Origin: Auanema rhodensis
Taxonomy: Eukaryota; Animalia; Nematoda
Assembly: GCA_964057225.1 (NCBI GenBank)
Contig: OZ059894.1
Location: 8,618,001 to 8,682,000, forward strand
DNA length: 64,000 nt
Direction: 5' to 3'
Both the position numbers and the translations under genes were made by a program. Positions 1 to 9,331 of the stretch are shown in pieces (the stretch's first letter is position 1; each line of letters opens with the position of its first letter). The notes under the pieces are model-generated. The model did no database searches, had not been told where the DNA came from, and was given only the letters and a program-made list of their open reading frames with translations.

Positions 1-114
1 ATCACGCTTTGTCCTTTTTTGTAAAAAAATGACTAAAGAAGTTGAAGAATATATTATATTCCCACAATTTCACAAAATCTCTCTTATTTTTTGAAAATTA
101 CTTCTAAACTTTAT

Positions 115-186
115 GGCCGAATGGTCTAGGGGTATGATTCTCGCTTCGGGTGCGAGAGGTCCCGGGTTCAATTCCCGGTTCGGCCC
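115..186 (+). tRNA. tRNA-Pro(CGG)
   Basis: GGCCGAA/TTCGGCC acceptor stem, CTCGC-TTCGGGT-GCGAG anticodon arm, A box TGGTCTAGGGG, B box GGTTCAATTCC, oligo-T terminator. Confidence 0.97.
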
Positions 187-359
187 AATTTTTTGATTTG
201 ATAACTGAAATCGAAGTATTAATGATTCTGATTCATAATCTAATCATCACGCTTTGTCCTTTTTTGTAAAAAAATGACTAAACAAGTTAAAGAATATATT
301 ATAAATTAACAATTTCACAAAATCTCTCTTATTTTTTGAAAATTACTTCTAAACTTTAT

Positions 360-431
360 GGCCGAATGGTCTAGGGGTATGATTCTCGCTTCGGGTGCGA
401 GAGGTCCCGGGTTCAATTCCCGGTTCGGCCC
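360..431 (+). tRNA. tRNA-Pro(CGG)
   Basis: Identical to copy at 115. Confidence 0.97.
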
Positions 432-603
432 AATTTTTGATTTGATAACTGAAATCGAAGTATTAATGATTCTGATTCATAATCTAATCATCACGCTTTG
501 TCCTTTTTTGTAAAAAAATGACTAAAGAAGTTGAAGAATATATTATATTCCCACAATTTCACAAAATCTCTCTTATTTTTTGAAAATTACTTCTAAACTT
601 TAT

Positions 604-675
604 GGCCGAATGGTCTAGGGGTATGATTCTCGCTTCGGGTGCGAGAGGTCCCGGGTTCAATTCCCGGTTCGGCCC
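604..675 (+). tRNA. tRNA-Pro(CGG)
   Basis: Identical to copy at 115. Confidence 0.97.
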
Positions 676-847
676 AATTTTTGATTTGATAACTGAAATC
701 GAAGTATTAATGATTCTGATTCATTATCTAATCTTCACGCTTTGTCCTTTCTTGTAAAAAAATGACTAAACAAGTTAAAGAATATATTATAAATTAACAA
801 TTTCACAAAATCTCTCTTATTTTTTGAAAATTACTTCTAAACTTTAT

Positions 848-919
848 GGCCGAATGGTCTAGGGGTATGATTCTCGCTTCGGGTGCGAGAGGTCCCGGGT
901 TCAATTCCCGGTTCGGCCC
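848..919 (+). tRNA. tRNA-Pro(CGG)
   Basis: Identical to copy at 115. Confidence 0.97.
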
Positions 920-1092
920 AATTTTTTGATTTGTTATCTCAAATCGAAGTATTAATGATTCTCATTCATAATGTAATCATCAAGCTTTGTCCTTTTTTGT
1001 AAAAAAATGACTAAACAAGTTAAAGAATATATTATATTCCCACAATTTCACAAAAACTCTCCTATTTTTTGAAAATTACTTCTAAACTTTAT

Positions 1093-1164
1093 GGCCGAAT
1101 GGTCTAGGGGTATGATTCTCGCTTCGGGTGCGAGAGGTCCCGGGTTCAATTCCCGGTTCGGCCC
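1093..1164 (+). tRNA. tRNA-Pro(CGG)
   Basis: Identical to copy at 115. Confidence 0.97.
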
Positions 1165-1335
1165 AATTTTTGATTTGATAACTGAAATCGAAGTATTAAT
1201 GATTCTGATTCATTATCTAATCATCACGCTTTGTCCTTTCTTGTAAAAAAATGACTAAACAAGTTAAAGAATATATTATAAATTAACAATTTCACAAAAT
1301 CTCTCTTATTTATGAAAATTACTTCTAAACTTTAT

Positions 1336-1407
1336 GGCCGAATGGTCTAGGGGTATGATTCTCGCTTCGGGTGCGAGAGGTCCCGGGTTCAATTCTCGGT
1401 TCGGCCC
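1336..1407 (+). tRNA. tRNA-Pro(CGG), T-stem C>T variant
   Basis: TTCAATTCTCGG instead of TTCAATTCCCGG (G-U pair). Confidence 0.92.
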
Positions 1408-1578
1408 AATTTTTGATTTGATAACTGAAATCGAAGTGTTATTGATTCTCATTCATAATGTAATCATCAAGCTTTGTCCTTTCTGTAAAAAAATGACTAA
1501 ACAAGTTAAAGAATATATTATAAATTAACAATTTCACAAAATCTCTCATTTTTTTTGAAAATTACTTCTAAACTTTAT

Positions 1579-1650
1579 GGCCGAATGGTCTAAGGGTATG
1601 ATTCTCGCTTCGGGTGCGAGAGGTCCCGGGTTCAATTCTCGGTTCGGCCC
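1579..1650 (+). tRNA. tRNA-Pro(CGG), D-loop G>A and T-stem variant
   Basis: GTCTAAGGG and TTCTCGG variants; cloverleaf otherwise intact. Confidence 0.85.
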
Positions 1651-1821
1651 AATTTTTGATTTGATAACTGAAATCGAAGTATTAATGATTCTGATTCATA
1701 ATCTAATCATCACGCTTTGTCCTTTTTTGTAAAAAAATGACTAAACAAGTTAAAGAATATATTATAAATTAACAATTTCACAAAATCTCTCTTATTTTTG
1801 AAAATTACTTCTAAACTTTAT

Positions 1822-1893
1822 GGCCGAATGGTCTAGGGGTATGATTCTCGCTTCGGGTGCGAGAGGTCCCGGGTTCAATTCTCGGTTCGGCCC
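1822..1893 (+). tRNA. tRNA-Pro(CGG), T-stem variant
   Basis: As copy at 1336. Confidence 0.92.
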
Positions 1894-2063
1894 AATTTTT
1901 GATTTGATAACTGAAATCGAAGTGTTATTGATTCTCATTCATAATGTAATCATCAAGCTTTGTCCTTTCTGTAAAAAAATGACTAAACAAGTTAAAGAAT
2001 ATATTATAAATTAACAATTTCACAAAATCTCTCTTATTTTTGAAAATTACTTCTAAACTTTAT

Positions 2064-2135
2064 GGCCGAATGGTCTAGGGGTATGATTCTCGCTTCGGGT
2101 GTGAGAGGTCCCGGGTTCAATTCCCGGTTCAGCCC
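2064..2135 (+). tRNA. tRNA-Pro(CGG), variant with acceptor-stem mismatch (possibly impaired)
   Basis: GTGAG in anticodon stem and TTCAGCCC at 3' end. Confidence 0.8.
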
Positions 2136-2307
2136 AATTTTTTGATTTGATAACTCAAATCGAAGTATTAATGATTCTGATTCATAATCTAATCATCACG
2201 CTTTGTCCTTTTTTGTAAAAAAATGACTAAAGAAGTTGAAGAATATATTATATTCCCACAATTTCACAAAATCTCTCTTATTTTTGAAAATTACTTCTAA
2301 ACTTTAT

Positions 2308-2379
2308 GGCCGAATGGTCTAGGGGTATGATTCTCGCTTCGGGTGCGAGAGGTCCCGGGTTCAATTCCCGGTTCGGCCC
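2308..2379 (+). tRNA. tRNA-Pro(CGG)
   Basis: Identical to copy at 115. Confidence 0.97.
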
Positions 2380-2551
2380 AATTTTTGATTTGATAACTGA
2401 AATCGAAGTATTAATGATTCTGATTCATAATCTAATCTTCACGCTTTGTCCTTTCTTGTAAAAAAATGACTAAACAAGTTAAAGAATATATTATAAATTA
2501 ACAATTTCACAAAATCTCTCATTTTTTTTGAAAATTACTTCTAAACTTTAT

Positions 2552-2623
2552 GGCCGAATGGTCTAAGGGTATGATTCTCGCTTCGGGTGCGAGAGGTCCC
2601 GGGTTCAATTCTCGGTTCGGCCC
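2552..2623 (+). tRNA. tRNA-Pro(CGG), D-loop and T-stem variant
   Basis: Same variants as copy at 1579. Confidence 0.85.
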
Positions 2624-2795
2624 AATTTTTGATTTGATAACTGAAATCGAAGTATTAATGATTCTGATTCATAATCTAATCATCACGCTTTGTCCTTTTT
2701 TGTAAAAAAATGACTAAACAAGTTAAAGAATATATTATAAATTAACAATTTCACAAAATCTCTCTTATTTTTTGAAAATTACTTCTAAACTTTAT

Positions 2796-2867
2796 GGCCG
2801 AATGGTCTAGGGGTATGATTCTCGCTTCGGGTGCGAGAGGTCCCGGGTTCAATTCTCGGTTCGGCCC
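2796..2867 (+). tRNA. tRNA-Pro(CGG), T-stem variant
   Basis: As copy at 1336. Confidence 0.92.
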
Positions 2868-3000
2868 AATTTTTGATTTGATAACTGAAATCGAAGTGTT
2901 ATTGATTCTGATTCATAATCTAATCATCACGCTTTGTCCTTTTTTGTAAAAAAATGACTAAAGAAGTTGAAGAATATATTATAAATTCGGGTTCAATTCC

Positions 3001-6000
3001 TTTTATTTTTATTTCAAGTCATGAGAAAGCCCACCTATTTGCTTTCTCAGGGGTTTATATAGCAAAATATCAATTATAAATATAATTGATATTTTTTATT
3101 GATTTATACAAAAAGTAGTTCAGGTCTAGTTTCTTATTGAATTCTATTAAACCAAAGTCGGTTGACGTTGTCAACCGCCTTCTTTATAAGACACGTATGG
3201 AACATGCCTTATATTGAAAAAGTAGCTGACCTCAGCTATAAGAAATTAGACTTTTTAAGAAAAAAGAAACGAAAGAGAGAAAAAAAATATATAGATTAAA
3301 TGGTTGTTGTTGTTCCAATCACTGTTGAAGGTCGTTTCTTTCGTACAACCGGTGTTTTTGGTGAGTTGAAATGAGCATCAGGTATCTGAGAGCGTGTGAG
3401 CCTGTTTTTAGACTCTAAGGTGGGTATCACGCTGTTGTACCTTATTGGTACGTGAAATGGTTTTGGAGTGGTTATAGGATTTTTGTCTTCTATTCCAAGT
3501 GCCAACTTGAGGGCTGAGCTCCATCTCTTAACGTCTTTCTTCATAGAGCGCTTGTCTTGTTTCTTCTCCGATTTTATCGACCAGTTGTTGATATAAGTTG
3601 TTTTCGTCCTTGTCTGTAGCTGACTTGTCTGCCGTATTCGGTCCGGTTTCTGCTTGATAATTGTCCTGTTGTGTTTCCCGCGTAATTTCCTGTGGCGCTA
3701 TTGTTTCTTGTGGTGTTATTGAAGGTCGGCTTTGTTCGTAGAATTCGTCCTCGTTGTCGCTTTCTGAATCAGAGATTGATGTTGTGGTGGGCGTGCTATG
3801 TTTAGCGCGCGTATTTTCCGTATCCTGCTGTGAGCCGTCGCTATAAATGGCGGGTGCGGCGTCGTTTCTGTTGTGCTCGCTTTCTTCGACGTTGTTATCG
3901 TCGGGTGAAATGTATCTTATATTATTCTTGTGAGCTATAATCGTATTCTCTTTGCTATCTGCTAATATTACGTTATTTCCTTTTATTTCCTTGATTATAT
4001 ATGGTCCATCGCTTGTTCTTTGTAATTTATTTGCTGGCTTTGCTCGCTTGACGAGTGCTCTATTTTTCACGAAGATCTCTCTTTCCTGCGTCCTGTGATT
4101 TTCGTCGTATTTCTTCTTCATTCTTTCATTGTTCAACTCTATCCTTTCATGAATCTTCTCGTGTAAGTCCGGGGCGTTCTTGATTGTGGCTCCTGGGGTT
4201 TCTAAGTCCTTATCAATTGGTAACCGAGCTGTTTGTCCAAACAGACAATCGTAGGGTGGTGTGCGAGTAGTAGCGTTTGGTAGTCGATTCATCGTAAAAA
4301 CAATTTTTGGTAGAATGATATCCCAATTGTCTTAACGTCATTAACGTAGGAAGTTAATGCTTCTTCCAGCGTTCTATGTAGCCTTTTCACTTGACCATTT
4401 GCGTTTTTGTAGTATGGCATAGTGGTGTGATGTTCCGATCCAAGATCATCACACATGTTTTTGAATTCCTTTGAAACGAAATTTGCTCCATTGTCTGTGA
4501 TGATTTTCTTGGGGGGTCCGAAAACATAAAACAAGTGTGTCTCAATAGCCGCTATTATTTCTTCTGATGTTTGACGAATGAGCGGTATCGCTATGATCCA
4601 TTTTGAAAAAGCGTCTTGTATTGATAAAATGTATCTTTTATCATTTGCGGTCCGAGGTAGTGGTCCAAGTATATCCATGTGAACCCTTTCCCATGGATGG
4701 GTTACTGTTGGAAAATTTCTCATTGGCTCAACAGTGGCTTCGTGTGGGTTGTTTTTCCTGTTTGCACAGTCGAGACATCTGTTGACGTATTTTGTGATGT
4801 CGTCCTGTATTCCTGTCCAAGAAATGGAATCTTGAGTCTTATTGATTCCGAGATGCGCTCCGAGAATTGGGTCCTTATGAAATTTTTCTATAATTGGTGT
4901 TGTGATTGCTGGATCGTTTGGTAGACTGGCTCGCGGAGTTTGTAAAGCTGTTTTGGGCTTTGCATACAGATCGTCGTTCACAATGATATATCGATCCATT
5001 AGTTGCCTTCCTGCTGTTTTATTCCGAATCTTTTCTTTTGTTTCCATGATCCATTCTGTATTGCCTTGAATGGTCCGAAGGTCCGTAATAGTTGAAATAG
5101 TCGAGATTTTGTGCGTAGGAGTTTCTTTTGGTTTCTTCTTTCTTTCCTTAGCTTCGTTGACTTCGTCTTCAAAATATCGTGAAAGTGCAGCACAGACGCT
5201 GTTAAGACGTCCTGGGCGATACACTATCTCGATGTCGTATTCTTTTAATACGATTTGAAATTTTGCTAGCCTGCCAATAAGATCTTTTCTTGTCATGAGG
5301 CTAGTAAGAGGCCTGTGATCGGTGATGATTCTTATTGGTGTGCCTAGTATGTAAGTCAGAAATTGATGTACTGCGAAAGTGAGTGCTAGGGCTTCGATTT
5401 CAATTGGCGGGTAATTCCGTTCGGCTTTGTTCAGTTTTCGGCTGGCAAATGCAATTGAGTGAAGTGGTTCATTGTCGTCCTTAGCCTGTAATAGTACTGC
5501 GCCAACTGCAATTATACTTCCGTCGCTTTCAATGACGTAAGGTCGTTTTGCTATAGGTGCTTGTAGTACAGGAGCTTGACAGAGTATCTGTTTTAGTTGT
5601 TGAAATGCTTGTTCTTCTGCATCTCCCCATTTGAAAGCTGTATCCTTTTTCGTAAGATCATAAAGCGGTGACGCAATGCCTGCGGCATTTCTAATAAATC
5701 TGCGAAAGTAGTTCACAACTCCCATGAATGCTCGAACTCCTGTTATTGATTTCGGTCTTGGATATTCTTGAATTGCTTTTACTTTCTGAGGGTCTGGTTA
5801 TATTCCTTCGTGTCCGACAATGAATCCTAGGAATTTAACTTCTTCCTGTCCGAAAGTACATTTCTTGAGCTTTATTTTTAATCCTAGTTCCGTTGACGCT
5901 TCCAATACTTCCTCAATATCTTGTAAATGTTTTGATGTTGATTCTGATATGAGAAGGAGGTCGTCGAGGTAGACAAAAAGTTTGCATCATACGTGTTGTT

Positions 6001-6636
6001 GTAAGTATCGTACTGCATTTTGAAATGTGTGTGGAGCTCCGCAGAGTCCCATCGGCATTCTGCAGTACTGATAAGTTCCGCTTGTAGTAGTGAACGCGGT
6101 GAGAGGTCTATCTTCTGATCTAAGAGGGATTTGAAAGAATCCTGATACTAGATCAAAATTGCTGAAGATACGTGCTCTGGCTGCTAGGTCCAAAATATCT
6201 TGAATGTTAGATATCACGTATATTTGTTTTTGTGTTATTGCGTTGAGTGCTCGAAAATCGGTTACGAATCTATACGTTTTATCCTTTTTCTTTACCAGTA
6301 TTACTGAACTGGTAGTCATAGAAAAAGATGGCTCGATTATTCCTTGCTCTAGCATTTCTTCCACTTGCTTTTCCACTTCTTCTTGTTGCGCTAATGGTAT
6401 CCTATACGTGATTTTGAACGATGGAACTTTTCCTTGGATAATCGGGATGTTATGTTCCACTTGACCATTTGCGTTTTTGTAGTATGGCATAGTGGTGTGA
6501 TGTTCCGATCCAAAATCATCACACATGCTTTTGAATTCCTTTGAAACAAAATTTGCTCCATTGTCTGTGATGATTTTCTTGGGGGGTCCGAAAACATAAA
6601 ACAAGTGTGTCTTAATAGCCGCTATTATTTCTTCTG
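3001..6636 (-). mobile_element. Decayed, 5'-truncated Ty3/Gypsy LTR retrotransposon (element A): RT-RNaseH-integrase plus C-terminal extension and partial 3' LTR-like end (~3001-3240)
   Basis: Gypsy domain order RT-RH-IN on - strand; gag and protease absent; noncoding 3' end shares an ~85-bp block with the LTR-like region at 8823. Confidence 0.93.
3296..6457 (-). pseudogene. pol: Gypsy pol pseudogene (reverse transcriptase, RNase H, integrase)
   Basis: RT motifs DFRALN, DLVSGFFQIP, RMPMGLCGAPHTF, VYLDD (~5960). RNase H motifs ESDGS, IEIEALA, ITDHRPL. Integrase H-H-CxxC zinc finger, VHMDILGP, ITDNGANF, NGQVKR (catalytic E>K). In-frame stops at ~5987 and ~5798, frameshifts at ~4330 and ~3540. 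Confidence 0.92.
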
Positions 6637-6982
6637 TGCATACTTTCTGTGATTTTTCATAGGCCAGAGAAGTCTGGGAAAGTGAATGTAAGAGGCCTGA
6701 GCACCTAATCTTGTCGAAAGACTGAAAGGGAATACTGCTTAGATCACCGTCGTATATTTCACGCCTATTCGAGAGATGGGAACTTGATCCTAGAAAGGGC
6801 GCACCGGTCACAGGCCCGTGTATGTACCCGATTGAGCAATTCTCCGTTAGAAGATTCGCTGCAGGCTGGCCCCCTAGCAAGCGTCACGCATACAACCCCA
6901 TATTGCCTCTCACGTTGTATATATATTTTTAAAAGATTCGCATCGTTGGTATAATAATTTCCTTTCCAGGAAAACCAACAAG

Positions 6983-7719
6983 ATGACGGACTCGAAGAGT
7001 AAAAATCCTCCGCGGGATAAAGCAAATCCACAGAACGCAGCCCCCAGTAATGATACGCACGTCGAGCCAGTACTCGAGCGGAATCAAAGAAAAAGAGGAC
7101 CTACAAATGTTTATGAGAAGGACACGAAGCGTCGACCTACTGCTGCAAAGAAACCACCCGCTATACTGGGTACCCCCGCGAAGAAAATAGGCACAACAGC
7201 TATCAAAACTTCTCGCCACGCTATTACTCTTAGTAAAATTAAAGCGTCTATTAACAAACAAACTCCCAAACGCACTTCTAACGTTATCAAAAGCTCTAGT
7301 AATGTTAGCACAAATACTTCCCCTCGTAAATATTATCCTCAAATATCATTTTTATACCCAAATACTGCTATTCTTTCTTCTCCTCTTCCTCGAAATTTTC
7401 CAAACTATCAGAGGAAATAGAAGAAAACGCAAGGAACGAATTGTATGAGAAACGGAAGAAGGAGCCACCCACAATTAAGAAATGGAGTTCAGCACCTAAG
7501 TTGGCATTGGGATTAGAAGATAATTCCCCTACAACGCCAGCAAAACCTTATCATGTGCCGATAAGGTATCACAGCACCATACCAGTAACAGAACCGAAGA
7601 AGAGAGTTTCGAAGAGTCAGATCCCGGACCCAAACTTTGTGGCACCAACAGTACCAGTCATCCGTAAGGAAAAACCGTCAACAGTTATTGGAACTACAAG
7701 TAAGAAGCTAGAACAATAG
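6983..7719 (+). pseudogene. Lys/Arg/Pro-rich retroelement ORF, frameshifted near 7390-7420, ending in the domain homologous to the element A pol tail
   Basis: ORFs 6983-7420 and 7441-7719; FSKLSEEIEENARNELYEKR aligns with YQQLVDKIGEETRQALYEER of element A. Confidence 0.6.
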
Positions 7720-8085
7720 TAAAAATCCATAATTTCTATATAAAAATCACAAAAAGTATAATACCATTTTCATAATTTTCATAATTTTCATCTAAACTTG
7801 AACCTATATATTTTTTTTTCTCATTTAAGTATTACATAAATTTCTACACAAATTATTGTACATTTTCATTTTCACTCTCACGAAAATATTGTATTAATCA
7901 CCAAAATTACAAAATAAAATTATACATCATACTTGGAATCTTTCAAAAATCACTGCAAAGTTTTTAATTAAAAATCTTCATCACTTTCTCACCTAACTGG
8001 TCAAAAAGGAGGCGACAAAAAGGAAGGAACGAACCGACCTAGTTTTAAAAGGATAAAAGGACAGAACACAGTAACAAAGATAACA

Positions 8086-8775
8086 ATGTCCACCCAACTT
8101 CCTGAAGCCGTCGAAATCCCCCTCATGATGGCCAAAAAGAGATGGCTTTCAATTCAACTATTAGTAAGAGAATTGAAACAGCTAGGAGCCAATACCATCG
8201 CCAACCGCCCCAGAAAAGAAAAGATCCTGAAGGAGTTAGTTCAAGGAGTAACAAGAGCGAATGCCAGCACTGAAACGCTCAAAATCCCATGTTATCAATA
8301 CGACAAGGATCGACTGTCGGAGGTCGACCACTGCATAGGACCATGGGCCAACATAGCAGCAGTCATCCGAGATGAAATTGCTGAACTAAGGGACCAACTA
8401 GGTTATTCACCTAGTTGCGTTTCACCAGTACAGCAGACGCCAAACTGGGGACCCCGAGACCCATTCGGCCTACCAAGAATGGAGCCTGCAACATTGCAGC
8501 GAACAGAGGCAAGAAAAAGCACTATAAATGCTCTACAAATATTTCTGGCATCACCAGCAACCACTCAAGAAGAAATGGAAAGAAAAGCGGATTTATGCAA
8601 CAAGACTATGGATCTTCACCATTACCAGAAATACACCAGTATTATAAAGAAGACTAAAAGAACTTTTGAAAGATTCCCAGTATCATATATGATATATTAT
8701 TTTGTAATTACATTGTTTTCTTTTATTTTTTCTCATAACATTATTCTGTATTATCAGTATTCTTTTATTTTTTGA
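8086..8775 (+). CDS. Uncharacterised accessory ORF of element B (env position)
   Basis: Intron-less 229-codon ATG ORF, GC higher than flanks, located between pol-tail homologue and putative LTR; last ~35 aa run into AT-rich DNA. Confidence 0.6.
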   Translation: MSTQLPEAVEIPLMMAKKRWLSIQLLVRELKQLGANTIANRPRKEKILKELVQGVTRANASTETLKIPCYQYDKDRLSEVDHCIGPWANIAAVIRDEIAELRDQLGYSPSCVSPVQQTPNWGPRDPFGLPRMEPATLQRTEARKSTINALQIFLASPATTQEEMERKADLCNKTMDLHHYQKYTSIIKKTKRTFERFPVSYMIYYFVITLFSFIFSHNIILYYQYSFIF

Positions 8776-8822
8776 AACATTTCATACAACTTTCACATTT
8801 GCATGGAATTTCACTTTCTCAA

Positions 8823-9273
8823 TGTAGCTGAGGTCAGCTACTTTTTTGGTATTAGGCATGTTCCATACGTGTCCTATAAGTAGAGCGATTGACAACGTCA
8901 ATCGCTTATAAAACGGAACATTATAAAAACAAATAGCTGATGCTACATTTGAGAAACAGGAATTCAATGCAATAATGAACGTACACTTTTTATACTAAGT
9001 TTAATTAAAGAAAGCCCAGTTCAGGCGGAACCAAGTTCCGCGGACCTGATATAACCACTTTTTATGCTCGTAAGGAAAACTATATAAGGTTTCCTTACGA
9101 GTCCATTGGGCTGCGACTAGGAATCATTATGTAACTTTTATTATTGTAGTTTGTATACTTTATCATGAATAAACCTTTCTCTCTATACTCTTTATCATTT
9201 ATATTTGGAAGAAAAGAAAGTAATTCCATGTGGTTACCCAGCCGGAACCCTGGGGAACCACCATGGAACGACA
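8823..9273 (+). repeat. Putative 3' LTR of element B (~450 bp)
   Basis: TGTAG...CGACA termini, TATATAA at 9081, AATAAA at ~9168; no clear polypurine tract, so the left boundary is tentative. Confidence 0.6.
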
Positions 9274-9331
9274 AAAACTCTCTTATTTCTTGAAAATTAC
9301 TTCTAAACTTTATAAATTACTTCTAAACTTT

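Larger units (their letters stand above)
1..2988 (+). repeat. Tandem array of ~243-bp units, each carrying one tRNA-Pro(CGG); 12 units here, array runs off the left edge
   Basis: Near-identical unit (tRNA + T5-6 terminator + AT-rich spacer) with tRNA starts at 115, 360, 604, 848, 1093, 1336, 1579, 1822, 2064, 2308, 2552, 2796. Confidence 0.98.
6637..9273 (+). mobile_element. 3' part of a second, related but diverged LTR retrotransposon (element B) in opposite orientation
   Basis: ORF 7441-7719 (KWSSAPKLALGLED..KPYHVPIRY..SQIPD..PSTVIGTT) is clearly homologous to the element A pol tail at 3296-3544; ends in an LTR-like region abutting the tRNA spacer. Confidence 0.8.

Noticed and set aside
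1334-2014. 64-aa ORFs MAEWSRGM..
   Set aside because: Chance translations through tRNA genes; stopped in the other units
1-2988. CRISPR-like repeat/spacer array
   Set aside because: Repeats are full tRNA genes, spacers are near-identical, context is eukaryotic, no cas genes
5987-6880. 297-aa ORF as a genuine novel protein
   Set aside because: Chimera of antisense element B, a duplicated integrase fragment and RT; non-ATG start
8823-9273. Hammerhead ribozyme, or DIRS-type element with inverted termini
   Set aside because: No CUGANGA/GAAA core in proper geometry; the element has a DDE integrase, not a tyrosine recombinase, and the inverted ends belong to two different elements
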